The notes beneath the pieces are model-generated. The model was not told where the DNA came from. It was given only the letters and a program-made list of their open reading frames with translations, and did no database searches. Shown here one piece after another: positions 9,867 to 19,150 of a stretch of DNA of 64,000 nt (positions within the stretch are counted from its first letter, which is position 1; every line of letters begins with the position of its first letter). Origin of the DNA: Dehalococcoidia bacterium (GTDB taxonomy: Bacteria > Chloroflexota > Dehalococcoidia > UBA2979); contig OZ253555.1 in assembly GCA_965262725.1 (NCBI GenBank), positions 2,176,001 through 2,240,000 on the forward strand, written 5' to 3'. The translations under genes and the position numbers were made by a program.

Positions 9867-10640
9867 TCAGCTCCCCGCCGCCTGCTGGGCGCGGAGGGAG
9901 AGCAGCGCCTCGCGCGCCGCCCCCTTCTCCGCCTGCTGCTTGCTCCACCCGTAGCCGGTGCCGGCCGGCTCACCGTCGAGGCGCACCTCGACCCCGTAGT
10001 AGCGCGCGTGCTCCGGCCCCTCCTCGGCGATGAGGACGTAGTCCGGGCGCACCCCCGCCCCCTGCGCGAGCTGCTGGAGAGCGCCCTTCGCGTTGAGCAG
10101 GTCGTCGTCGACGCCGAGCACCTCGAACTCGTCCGAGAGGCTCTCCCTGACGAAGGAGCACGCCGCGTCGAGCCCGCGGTCGAGCAGGACGGCGCCGACG
10201 AGCGCCTCGTAGGCGCGCTCGAGGTTGCCCTCGCGCTCGTGCCCGCCGGTCGACTTCTCACCCCGCCCCAGCCGCAGCGCCGGGCCGAGCCCGAGCGCGC
10301 GCGCGACGCGGGCGAGCGTCGGGCCGCAGACGAGCTGCGCGCGCCACTGGGTCAGGAGCCCCTCCTGCACGCCGGGGTGCCGGGCGAAGAGCTCGTCGGC
10401 GACCGCGAAGCCGAGCGCCGCGTCGCCGAGGAACTCGAGGCGCTCGTTCGACTCGCCTCCATCATCGGGGTGCTCGTTGACCCAGGAGGCGTGCGTGAGG
10501 GCCGTGGCCAGGAGGGCGCGGTCCGAGAACGAGAAGCCGACGCGGCTCTCGACCGCCGCCAGGGCGTCCCGCCCCTCCGCGGGGGCGCCGCCGCCCGGGG
10601 CCGCCGGATCGCATGCGGGGGCTCTCTCCTGGGCGAGCAC
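9867..10640 (-). CDS. rnc: Ribonuclease III
   Basis: 'NERLEFLGDA' signature plus C-terminal dsRBD ('NAKGALQ', 'SKQQAEKGAA'); start approximate. Confidence 0.95.
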   Translation of the reverse strand: MLAQERAPACDPAAPGGGAPAEGRDALAAVESRVGFSFSDRALLATALTHASWVNEHPDDGGESNERLEFLGDAALGFAVADELFARHPGVQEGLLTQWRAQLVCGPTLARVARALGLGPALRLGRGEKSTGGHEREGNLERAYEALVGAVLLDRGLDAACSFVRESLSDEFEVLGVDDDLLNAKGALQQLAQGAGVRPDYVLIAEEGPEHARYYGVEVRLDGEPAGTGYGWSKQQAEKGAAREALLSLRAQQAAGS

Positions 10641-10803
10641 CGGCAACTCCCTGCCACGCCGGCCGCGCGCGTACGATCGGCTCGCACGCCGGGTCCCCGC
10701 CCGGGTGCGGCCGGCTGCTCGCACGCCGAGGGGGAGCTGCGACGCGTGGCTACCGCGATCGTAGGGAGAGCCGATCGGGGTGTCAATAATCGCTCACCCG
10801 CCT

Positions 10804-12069
10804 ATGCGCCCTACCCCGGTGAGGCTGCGCCGGGTCCTCGCCGAGGATCTCGGGCGGCTCCTCGACGCGGCGGTCGCCGCGGCGCTCGCCCGGGGGCTCG
10901 CGCTGTGGGCGGTCGGCGGGTGCGTGCGCGACGTCGCCCTGTCCGTCCCGCCCGGCGAGGTCGATCTCGCCGTCGACGGCGATGTGGAGCCGATCGCGAG
11001 GAGCGCGGCCGCGGCGCTCGGCCTCCCCCGGAGGGCCGTCCGTTTCGAGCCCCGCTTCGGCACCGCGTCGGTCGAACTTGCGGGCGGAGCCGGCCGGCTC
11101 GATCTCTCCCGGCTCCGCACCGAGCGCTACGCCCGGCCGGGCGCCCTCCCCGAGGTGCGGTTCTCCGCGACCATCGAGCAGGATCTCCGGCGGCGCGACT
11201 TCACGGTGAACGCGGTCGCCCTTCTCCTGAGCGCGCCGGGCGAGGGGCCGCGCGCGGGCGTCGTCGTCGACCCGCTCTCCGGCATCGCCGACCTCGAGGC
11301 CGGCGTGCTGCGCGCGCTCCACCCCCGCTCCTTCGCCGATGACGCGACGCGGATCTGGCGGGGGGCGCGCTACGCGGCGCGCTTCTCGCTTCGGCCCGAC
11401 CCCCCGACGAGGCGCCTGATCGAGGAGGGGGCGCGCCACCTGGCTCCAGTCTCGGGCCACCGGCTGTGGTCGGAGCTCGAACGGCTCGCCGGTGAACGCC
11501 GCGTGGGCGCCGCGCTCGCGCTCCTGGCCGGCTGGGGCGCGCTCTCCGGCACGCATCCCGGTCTGGGGGCGGAGGGAGGGGCGCTCCGCGCGCTGCGCCG
11601 GAGGCGGGGGCCGCTCCCCGCCGATCTCCTCGTCGCGCTCCTGCTCGCGGAGTCCCCCGCCCGGGCGCGTGCGGGCGTTCTGCGCCGCCTCTCCTCGCCG
11701 CGGGGGGCGCGCCTCGCCGTGGAGGGCGCCTCGACGCTGCTTGAGGCGGGCAGGCGGGACGAGAGCCCGCCCGAACCCGCGGAGCTCGAGCAGCTCGCCG
11801 CGACCACCGAGAGCGGGCGCCGGGCCGCGCGCTGGCTCGACCCGGGCCGCCAGCGGCCGCTGCAGCGGGAGCTGCGGCGCTGGGAGCGCACGAGCCCGCC
11901 CCTCGCGGCGCGGGAGCTGATGGCACTCGGCGTGGAGCGGGGGCCGGAGATCGGGCGATTGCTAGCCCTCTTGCGCCGCGAGCGCTACCTCGGCACGCTG
12001 CGGGGCGCGGCGCAGGCGCGGGCCCGGGTCCGATCCGAGCTCGACGCCGCGCGGCGCTCGGAGGGCTGA
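10804..12069 (+). CDS. cca: tRNA nucleotidyltransferase (CCA-adding/poly(A) polymerase family)
   Basis: 'VGGCVRD', 'EVDLAV', 'DLRRRDFTVNA', 'SFADDATRIWR'; start approximate. Confidence 0.88.
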   Translation: MRPTPVRLRRVLAEDLGRLLDAAVAAALARGLALWAVGGCVRDVALSVPPGEVDLAVDGDVEPIARSAAAALGLPRRAVRFEPRFGTASVELAGGAGRLDLSRLRTERYARPGALPEVRFSATIEQDLRRRDFTVNAVALLLSAPGEGPRAGVVVDPLSGIADLEAGVLRALHPRSFADDATRIWRGARYAARFSLRPDPPTRRLIEEGARHLAPVSGHRLWSELERLAGERRVGAALALLAGWGALSGTHPGLGAEGGALRALRRRRGPLPADLLVALLLAESPARARAGVLRRLSSPRGARLAVEGASTLLEAGRRDESPPEPAELEQLAATTESGRRAARWLDPGRQRPLQRELRRWERTSPPLAARELMALGVERGPEIGRLLALLRRERYLGTLRGAAQARARVRSELDAARRSEG

Positions 12070-12464
12070 TGGACGTGAGTGGTGCCGAGGCCTGCCCGGG
12101 GGGCGGCGTGCCCCCGGCCGGGTGTGCGATCTGCGGCCTGGCGGAGGAGGACCCGCGGCTGCTCGCGCCCTGCTACGGCTGCAGCCGCCCCTTCCATTTC
12201 AACCCCTTCGCGGGTCCCGGCGTCGACTGCGGCTCTGTCTGGGCCGGGAGTTCCCCCGACGACGGCTTCACCGGCCTCGAGTTCTACTGCGCCCCCTGCT
12301 TCGGGGAGCGGCACCCTGAGGCGGTCGCACCCGAACCCGTTCGGCTCCCGGCAATCGGTGCGGCCGGGGGAGAGGCGTCGGCTCGCGGCGAGGGACCGCC
12401 CCCCAGGCCGGAGCGTTCCCGGTGGCCCAGGCGCTACCGCAGGCGCGACGGGGGTGCTCCGTGA
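12069..12464 (+). CDS. Small Cys-rich protein with C4-H-C3 (PHD/RINGv-like) zinc-finger spacing
   Basis: TGATG overlap with the cca stop; CxxC-x12-CxxC-x4-H-x10-C-x19-CxxC. Confidence 0.75.
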   Translation: MDVSGAEACPGGGVPPAGCAICGLAEEDPRLLAPCYGCSRPFHFNPFAGPGVDCGSVWAGSSPDDGFTGLEFYCAPCFGERHPEAVAPEPVRLPAIGAAGGEASARGEGPPPRPERSRWPRRYRRRDGGAP

Positions 12465-12757
12465 GCGACGCCTCCGGCCCACCGCCGCGACGCCGCCGTC
12501 CGGGGCGCGGTGCCCGCCGCGAGCGGCCGCCTCCAGCGCCCCCCGCGCCCGGCGGGCGCTGGTCCAGCCGGGCGCTCGTGCTTGCGCTCCTCGTTGGCGC
12601 CTGGGTGGGGCGTCAGGCGGCCATCCTGCCGGAGGCGGGGGAGCGGATCCTCGACCTCGCGATCGCGGTCGGGATCGCCGTGATGGTCGCGCTGAGCTAT
12701 CGGCGGCTCGCGCGCCGCTACCGGCGGCCCCGCTCCGGGCGATCGAGCCGGCGGTAG
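12461..12757 (+). CDS. Small two-TM membrane protein, hypothetical
   Basis: GTGA overlap with the upstream stop; two hydrophobic segments flanked by Arg-rich ends. Confidence 0.6.
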   Translation: MSDASGPPPRRRRPGRGARRERPPPAPPAPGGRWSSRALVLALLVGAWVGRQAAILPEAGERILDLAIAVGIAVMVALSYRRLARRYRRPRSGRSSRR

Positions 12758-13233
12758 AACCATCCGCACCCCTCGGGGGCGGCCTCCGGCGCGCCCTCCG
12801 CGCAGGGCGCGCCTCCCTCCGGGGGCTCGAGGAGGGGCCGGTATCCGGCGCGGAGCCAGAAGTAGACGCCGCGGCCGTTCCGGCGGGGGACGCTCGCGTA
12901 GACGGCCTGGGAGCCCTCACGGCCCAGGCGCCGCTCGGCGGCGAGCACCGCGCGGAGCCCAACGGCGCGTCCCCGCCGCTCGGGCGCGACCGCGACGGCG
13001 AGCACCGTCGCCGCCGACTTGCCGGGTCCCGGCGTGAGCACGAGCACGCCGGCCGTCTCACTCTCCTCCCGCACCAGCAGAAGCGTGGCCCCCGTCGGAC
13101 GCGGCGGGAGCGGTCCGTCGTAGCCGCGCGCCACCCCGTCGGCGAGCGCGCGCCGGAGGGGCGCTGAGTCCGGCAGCGCGTCGGCCTGGTGGAGCGAGAC
13201 GCCCTCCGCCTCCGACCAGGCGGCGAGGCTCAC
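12718..13233 (-). CDS. GNAT family N-acetyltransferase
   Basis: 'VAVAPERRGRAVG' acetyl-CoA loop and 'N..GVYFWLRAGY'; GTGA overlap with the dinG stop. Confidence 0.75.
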   Translation of the reverse strand: MSLAAWSEAEGVSLHQADALPDSAPLRRALADGVARGYDGPLPPRPTGATLLLVREESETAGVLVLTPGPGKSAATVLAVAVAPERRGRAVGLRAVLAAERRLGREGSQAVYASVPRRNGRGVYFWLRAGYRPLLEPPEGGAPCAEGAPEAAPEGCGWFYRRLDRPERGRR

Positions 13234-16217
13234 CGCTTGAGCCAGTCCGCCACCGCGGGAGCGATCGCTTCGGCTGAGAGCTCCCGCCGCTCGCAGTCGG
13301 GGAGTGCGCCGAGGAACGAGGCGCCGTAGCCCCGCGTGGTGAGGCGGCCGTCGAGCACCAGGAAGACGCCGCGCTCCCCCGGGCCGCGGATCAGACGCCC
13401 GAAGCCCTGGCGGAAGCGCAGCACCGCCTGCGGGAGCACGTACTCCGTGAAGGGGTCGTCGTACTGCTCCGAGCGGCCGGCGTGGACGGGATCGGTCGGG
13501 ACGGGGAACGGGAGGCGCGCCATCACCAGCAGCTGCAGCGCGTCGCCGCGCACGTCCACGCCCTCCCACAGTGCCGCCGTCCCCAGGACCAGCGTGCGCG
13601 GCTGCGTGCGGAGCTGCCGGAGCAGCTGATCGGGCGACCCGTCGACTCCCTGCGCGAGCACGGAGATGCCCGAGGCCGCGAGCACGGGGCGGAGCGCCCG
13701 CCCGGCGGCGCGCAGCGCCGCGTGCGAGGTGAAGAGGGCGAGCGTCCGCCCGCCGGCCGCCTCCGTCGCCTCGGCGAGCACGCGCCAGGCCGACTCCTCG
13801 TAGTCGGGCGACCCCGGCTCCGCGATCTCCTCTATGTGGAGCGCCAGCACGGCGCGGCGGTAGTCGAAGGGGGAGGGGATGGCGAGCGTCTCGGGACCGC
13901 TCTCCCAGGAGCCCCGGAGCCCGAGCCGGCGCGCCGAGAACGCGAAGGGATCGGTCTCGCCCTCCGGCCGCCCCTCCACGACCGGGGGATCGGCCCGGCT
14001 CCCGCGGCCGCGCGCACGGCGACTGGGAGTGCGGGGAGTCGCGAGCGTGGCGCTCGTGGCGATCACGGTGTCGCAGTCGTCGTAGAGGTCGCGCGCGAGC
14101 GCCTCCCCGACGTCGAGCGGGGCGAGCTCGAGCCGTGTCTGGAGGGGCCGCGGGCCTCCCGCCTGATCCGGCGCCGCGGCCCAGACAACGGCGCCCGCCT
14201 CCGCCGAGAGCACCGTGCGAGCGAGGGTCTCGCGGCGCTCCGCGAGGGCCGCCGCCGAGCGCTCCAGCGCGGCGCGCACCCCCTCCTGGTCGGGAATCGC
14301 CCCGGCGGGCAGCTGCTCGACGGCGAGCACCGCCTCGGTGAGCCGGCGGCCGACGCCGCCGAGCGCGATGTCCAGGTCGAGCGCCGCCCCCTCGGACTCC
14401 TCCCACGGGTGGAGTCCGCGGCGGCCGGGCGTGATGGCGGCGACGAGCTCGGCCGAGACGCCCCCCGCGGCCGGCTCGGAGAAGGTGGCGAGGAACGCCG
14501 AGAGCGCCTCCCCGAGCGGGGCGAGCTGCGTGGCGGCGGCCGTGCAGGCGCGCCTGAGATCGCGCGCGACGCCCTCGAGCGCCGCCGCCGGCGCGAGCGG
14601 CTGATCGCCCGGCGGGCGCACCGCGTGCTCGAGCGGGGCTGCGAGGCCGCGTGGCCCGCGGGGGTCGAGGAGCTCGGCGAGCTCTGCGAGCGCGAGGCGG
14701 GCCCCGTACTGCTGCGTCGCCACCTCCTCCAGGCGGTGCGCCTCGTCGATGACGAGGCGGCGGAACGGAGGGATCGCCTGCTCCCCCACGCTCGCCGCGG
14801 CGAGCAGCAGGGCGTGGTTCACGACCACGACGTGGGAGGCGTGCGCTCGCTGGCGGGCGCGCAGCAGGAAGCAGCTGCCGTCGCGGACGTAGGCGCAGCG
14901 GCGCGAGAGGCAGTCGACGCCCTCGCTGGAGAGCTGCCGCCAGCGGCGGCGGTCGCCGCGGCGGAGTGCGAGCTCGGCCACGTCCCCGCTCTCGCTGGTG
15001 GGGAGCCAGAGCGCGATCTGGGCGAGGAAGCGCGCCTCCTCCTCGTCGAGCGGCGCCTGCGCCTCCCGCGCCTCGACCCAGCGTTCGCGGCAGAGATAGT
15101 TGGCCCGTCCCTTCAGGACGGCCCAGCGGAGCGGACCGGCTCCCGGGCCGCCCGCCTCGTCGTCGAGCGCCGCCGCGCGCTCCACGAGGGCGGCCGCCCG
15201 CGGGAGCTCGCGCTCCGCGAGCTGCTCCTGGAGGTTGAGGGTGTGCGTCGAGATCACGGCGCGGTCGCCCGAGCGGCGCGCGTGGGCGAGCGCCGGGATC
15301 AGGTAGGCGAGCGACTTCCCGGTCCCGGTTCCCGACTCGACGAGGATGCGACCACCCCGGGCGAAGCCCTCGCGCACCGCCTCGGCCATCTGCTGCTGCC
15401 CCGCGCGCGGCTCGTAGCCCGGCAGCAGCCCGGGCGTCCGCTCCGCGAGGGCGAAGAGCCGCGCGAGCGTGCCGGTGCCGAGCGGTTCCCAGTCCTCGAT
15501 CGGCTCGATCGGAGGCGCCGGACGGGCCGCGGGGGCCGTGCCGGTGTGTGAGGCCGCGTCGCCAACCCCGGCCGCGTCGGTCGCCGCGGCCTCCGCGGCG
15601 AGCTCGAAGAGTCGCCGGGCCGGCCATCCCGCGCGCGCAGCGAGGTGCGCGAGGTCGAGCAGCAGCGTGCGCGGGAGCGCGTCGAGTTCGTCCAGCAGCC
15701 TCAGGAAGACGTCACGCGTCGCCTCGGCATCCGCCAGGGCGCGGTGCGGCCGGGCGTTCGAGACGCCGAAGTGAGCGGCGAGAGCCGCGAGGGAGAGGCG
15801 GGGATTCCTCGGCAGCAGCACCGCCGCGAGGTCGTGCGTGTCGTGGACCTCCCCCGGAAGCTCGAGCCCGGCCGCGCGCAGGAAGCCCAGGTCGAAGCCG
15901 ACGCTCTGCCCGACGATCGGGAGCCCCCCGCAGAAGGCGCGCAGCTCCTCCATCACCGTCCGCGCCGCGGGCTCGCCGGCGACATCGGAGTCGCCGATGC
16001 CCGTCAGCTCGCGGATCTCTTCGGGGATGGGACGGCCGGGATCGACGAGGCTCTCGAACGCCTCGGCGCGGCCCGAGCGGTCAAAGCGGGTCGCGCCGAC
16101 ATCGATGATGCGGTCGGTGGCGGCGTCGAATCCGGTCGTCTCGAGGTCGATGGCGACGAAGACGGGCCCCGCCCCTGCGCTGCGGGACGTCCGGGCTGCC
16201 GGCGCCGGGGGCCGCAC
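13230..16217 (-). CDS. dinG: DEDDh exonuclease-DinG helicase fusion (Fe-S type)
   Basis: N-terminal 'IDLETTG..HRALADA'; GTGTGKS; four Cys (NYLC..DC..RC..SC); DEAH; 'QGFGRLIR'. Confidence 0.92.
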   Translation of the reverse strand: MRPPAPAARTSRSAGAGPVFVAIDLETTGFDAATDRIIDVGATRFDRSGRAEAFESLVDPGRPIPEEIRELTGIGDSDVAGEPAARTVMEELRAFCGGLPIVGQSVGFDLGFLRAAGLELPGEVHDTHDLAAVLLPRNPRLSLAALAAHFGVSNARPHRALADAEATRDVFLRLLDELDALPRTLLLDLAHLAARAGWPARRLFELAAEAAATDAAGVGDAASHTGTAPAARPAPPIEPIEDWEPLGTGTLARLFALAERTPGLLPGYEPRAGQQQMAEAVREGFARGGRILVESGTGTGKSLAYLIPALAHARRSGDRAVISTHTLNLQEQLAERELPRAAALVERAAALDDEAGGPGAGPLRWAVLKGRANYLCRERWVEAREAQAPLDEEEARFLAQIALWLPTSESGDVAELALRRGDRRRWRQLSSEGVDCLSRRCAYVRDGSCFLLRARQRAHASHVVVVNHALLLAAASVGEQAIPPFRRLVIDEAHRLEEVATQQYGARLALAELAELLDPRGPRGLAAPLEHAVRPPGDQPLAPAAALEGVARDLRRACTAAATQLAPLGEALSAFLATFSEPAAGGVSAELVAAITPGRRGLHPWEESEGAALDLDIALGGVGRRLTEAVLAVEQLPAGAIPDQEGVRAALERSAAALAERRETLARTVLSAEAGAVVWAAAPDQAGGPRPLQTRLELAPLDVGEALARDLYDDCDTVIATSATLATPRTPSRRARGRGSRADPPVVEGRPEGETDPFAFSARRLGLRGSWESGPETLAIPSPFDYRRAVLALHIEEIAEPGSPDYEESAWRVLAEATEAAGGRTLALFTSHAALRAAGRALRPVLAASGISVLAQGVDGSPDQLLRQLRTQPRTLVLGTAALWEGVDVRGDALQLLVMARLPFPVPTDPVHAGRSEQYDDPFTEYVLPQAVLRFRQGFGRLIRGPGERGVFLVLDGRLTTRGYGASFLGALPDCERRELSAEAIAPAVADWLKR

Positions 16218-16218
16218 G

Positions 16219-16995
16219 CTACGTGCCCGGGGCTTCCGCGCCCTCTGCGGCCTCGATGCTCCCGGGCTCGAAGCGCACGAGCCGGCCGTGAGCGGTGCGG
16301 TGCACCGCGTGGAAGCGGTAGGCACGGAGCTCCTCGAGCAACCCCGCGGGGTCCGCGACGGGGCGTTCGAAGCCGGTCGCGAAGTAGCCGATGCCGCTGT
16401 CGGAGTGCGCGTCGCTCCCGCCGGTGCCCGGCACGCCGCGCACGCGCGCCACCTCCGCCGCGAAGTAGTTCTCGCGCGGCGTGTTGCAGGCGTTGGCGAT
16501 CTCGATGGCGTCGACGAGCTTGAAGACGGGAAGCTCGGCGGCCTGCTCGGGCGTGAGGGTGAAGGGCGCCCCGCCCGTGCGCATCGCCGTCACCGGATCG
16601 AAGACGTGCCGGAAGGGGTGGGCGACGATGAGGAAGCCGCCGACGCGGTCGGCGGCTGCGCGCAGCCGCTCCGCGCGGTGGATACCGCTCTCGTACTCCG
16701 GGAGCCCGATGGCGAGGATGTGGCCGAGGTCGGTGGAGACCTCCATCCCGAAGTGGGCGAAGAAGCCGGGGTGCGCCTCACGGTACTCCGCCTGGCGGTG
16801 GCGATCCCAGACCTGATCGTGCTCGCTGATGTTGATGCCGCTGAGCCCGCTGGTCCGGGCGAGCTCGGGCAGCTCGTCCGGATCGAGCATCGAGTCGGAG
16901 GAGGCGCCGCGACTGTGGAGGTGCATGTCGATCACGGATGCATCGAAGCCGTCCTGGAGGGAGAACGGTCGGGAGGCCGGATCGGTGGAAGCCAC
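16219..16995 (-). CDS. PHP-domain phosphoesterase
   Basis: 'DMHLHS', 'SEHD', 'GMEVST', 'AHPFR', 'GGSDAH'. Confidence 0.9.
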   Translation of the reverse strand: MASTDPASRPFSLQDGFDASVIDMHLHSRGASSDSMLDPDELPELARTSGLSGINISEHDQVWDRHRQAEYREAHPGFFAHFGMEVSTDLGHILAIGLPEYESGIHRAERLRAAADRVGGFLIVAHPFRHVFDPVTAMRTGGAPFTLTPEQAAELPVFKLVDAIEIANACNTPRENYFAAEVARVRGVPGTGGSDAHSDSGIGYFATGFERPVADPAGLLEELRAYRFHAVHRTAHGRLVRFEPGSIEAAEGAEAPGT

Positions 16996-17314
16996 ACGGC
17001 GAGGATACGGAACGCCGGGGACGCGGGCCAGCAGCGGCGGCGGCGCGGCGCCGAGCGGAGTAGCTGGCGACGTCCGTGCGAGCGGGGGGCCGTCGGGCCT
17101 GGCTCATCTCGCGTGTGCCGGCCTCGCCGTCTCCCCTGAAGAGCCCGATGGCGAGCAGCACGAACCAGAGGTCGATGGTGACGATGACGAGGATCCGCGC
17201 GGCGTCGACATCGAGATCGTGGACCTGCCCGCGGATGATGGCGGCGGCGGCCCCCGCGAGGCCCGCCGCGGCCGCGAGGCGCACCGTCAGGCGGAGCCCG
17301 CGCCCGGGCAGCAC
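16778..17314 (-). CDS. Possible small two-TM membrane protein (C-terminal part overlapping the PHP gene is doubtful)
   Basis: Two hydrophobic stretches in the first ~60 aa; fills the gap between the HAD and PHP genes; no recognisable family. Confidence 0.3.
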   Translation of the reverse strand: MLPGRGLRLTVRLAAAAGLAGAAAAIIRGQVHDLDVDAARILVIVTIDLWFVLLAIGLFRGDGEAGTREMSQARRPPARTDVASYSARRRAAAAAGPRPRRSVSSPCGFHRSGLPTVLPPGRLRCIRDRHAPPQSRRLLRLDARSGRAARARPDQRAQRHQHQRARSGLGSPPPGGVP

Positions 17315-17407
17315 GAGTCGGGCGATGAGGCTCGGTGAGCGCTCTGCCCGAACCAGGGGCGGATCACGGGCCCTGCGCCGGAGGTTGCGGTGTGACCCCT
17401 GGAGCGA

Positions 17408-18127
17408 TCAGTCCAGCGTCTCGAGCCACGCGGGCAGGGCGGCGAGCGAGGGAATGGATGGAGTGCCGGGAGGCGCTTCCCCGGAGCCGACGAGGACGGT
17501 GCGGGCTCCCACGTTCTGGGCCGCGGCGACGAACTCGGGCGTGTCATCGAGCACGAGGGCATCGGCCGGGTTGACCGCGGCGATCATGAAGGCCCTCGCG
17601 TAGTACGCCGCGGCGGGCTTCATGGCGTTGACCAGGTCGGCGCCGAAGAGGATACCGAAGCGGTCGACGATGCCCATCACCGACAGGTAGCCCTGCATCT
17701 CCCAGGACGTCTGGTTCGAGGCGGTGTGGAGCGTGTAGCCGGCCTCGGTCAGTGCGGCGACCGTCTCGCCGACCCGGGGGTACGCGCCCTGCACCCTGCT
17801 GGTGATGTAGGTCATCGCCTCGCGGGCGAGGTCGGCGCACTCCCTGCCTTCGGGTGGAGTGATGCCCATGTACTCGCACATGGCGGTGATCCACGCCCTC
17901 TCGTACGCGCGCTCGCCCTCCAGGTAACGGTCGGGGATCGCCATGACCTGCCTGTAAGCCTCGAAGATCGGCGGGAACATCACGCGGTTCGCCTCGGCCC
18001 AGGCCCGGGACTCGCCGCCGAGGCGCGACGGGAAGAACTCGCCGACCAGTCGGCGCCACTCCGGACCCCGCCGCGTGTTGTCGCTCAGGACGCCGCCGTC
18101 GTCGAGGAAGATCGTGAGGTCGGGCAC
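17408..18127 (-). CDS. HAD-family hydrolase
   Basis: 'FLDDGGVL' motif I, 'TASN', 'KP', 'LDD' motif IV. Confidence 0.85.
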   Translation of the reverse strand: MPDLTIFLDDGGVLSDNTRRGPEWRRLVGEFFPSRLGGESRAWAEANRVMFPPIFEAYRQVMAIPDRYLEGERAYERAWITAMCEYMGITPPEGRECADLAREAMTYITSRVQGAYPRVGETVAALTEAGYTLHTASNQTSWEMQGYLSVMGIVDRFGILFGADLVNAMKPAAAYYARAFMIAAVNPADALVLDDTPEFVAAAQNVGARTVLVGSGEAPPGTPSIPSLAALPAWLETLD

Positions 18128-18198
18128 GCCGCGATCGTGGAGTCCGGCGCGGGCACGGGCAAGTATCGATATGCTGCTCCGCGCACGGGAGGCGCGCG

Positions 18199-18573
18199 AT
18201 GACAGTTCACATCCTCAGATCGGACGACGGGGAGACGGTAGAGCGGACGGACGCCCCCATTTTCGAGGGCGGCCGCGTGTGGGGGCGGTCGCTGACGGGT
18301 TCCCACTCGACGCACGTGAGCGTGCAGGTCGTGCAGTTCGGGGCGGGCGCGCGGGCCGGGTGGCACCGGCACACCAGCGACCAGGTGCTCTACGTCGTCT
18401 CAGGGATCGGCAAGGTGGGGGATCGCGAGGGCGAGCACGTGATCAGCGCGGGCGACTGCGCGGTGGTCCCGGCGGGGGAGGATCACTGGCACGGCGCGCA
18501 CGACACGGGCTCGCCGATGTCGCATCTCTCGATCATGCGGGAAGGGTCGGAGACAACGGTCCTGGACTCGTAG
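18199..18573 (+). CDS. Cupin domain protein
   Basis: 'WHRHTSDQ.LYV..G.G' and 'GD..VVPAGEDHWHG'; GGAGG SD. Confidence 0.88.
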   Translation: MTVHILRSDDGETVERTDAPIFEGGRVWGRSLTGSHSTHVSVQVVQFGAGARAGWHRHTSDQVLYVVSGIGKVGDREGEHVISAGDCAVVPAGEDHWHGAHDTGSPMSHLSIMREGSETTVLDS

Positions 18574-18654
18574 ACGCGGGCGTCGGCCCGGAGCAGGTTC
18601 GCCGGCGCCCCGCCTCGCCCTGGGCGCCAGCGCCCCGACGGGGGTCCCCGTGGC

Positions 18655-19128
18655 TCAGCACGCGGTCAGGTAGTCATCCCCGTCAAAGAGTTCGTTGGCG
18701 CGCTGGACCTCCCGCACGTAGCAGGTGATCCTCCGCACGTCGTCCTCCGAGAGGCCGGTGACGGGGGGCATGTCCCCGAACGACCAGTGGTGCTGCGGCA
18801 CTCCGTTACGCACCGCGTTCACGATACTGAAGTCCGCGTGGTGCCCCGGGTGGTAGATCCTGCTGATGAACGTCGGTCCCTGGCTGGTGCCGGTCGCGCC
18901 CGTCCCGTGACAGGCCGCGCAGCTCGCATTGAAGAGTTCCTCGCCCGCACGGGCCGTCTCGGACTGCTCATACACCCTGACCGGGGGGGCCTCTTCGCGC
19001 CCGCGCGATTCCGTGGTGCCGCCCTGGGACGCGCTCTCCTCCCCGCATCCGATCATCGTGAGCAGAACGAAGGCCGCGACCGCGACCAGGGCAGGGAGTC
19101 GGTTGCGCCCGCGCCCGCGTCTCGTCAT
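18655..19128 (-). CDS. Monoheme cytochrome c, probable lipoprotein
   Basis: Basic N-terminus, hydrophobic stretch ending in 'IGC'; CAACH heme motif; distal 'MPP'. Confidence 0.88.
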   Translation of the reverse strand: MTRRGRGRNRLPALVAVAAFVLLTMIGCGEESASQGGTTESRGREEAPPVRVYEQSETARAGEELFNASCAACHGTGATGTSQGPTFISRIYHPGHHADFSIVNAVRNGVPQHHWSFGDMPPVTGLSEDDVRRITCYVREVQRANELFDGDDYLTAC

Positions 19129-19150
19129 GGGCGGGGATTCCTTCGCGGCC

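Noticed and set aside
18640-18660. Selenocysteine read-through at the Cys-TGA end of the cytochrome c
   Set aside because: The domain is already complete, no convincing SECIS is seen and the downstream frame is uninformative.
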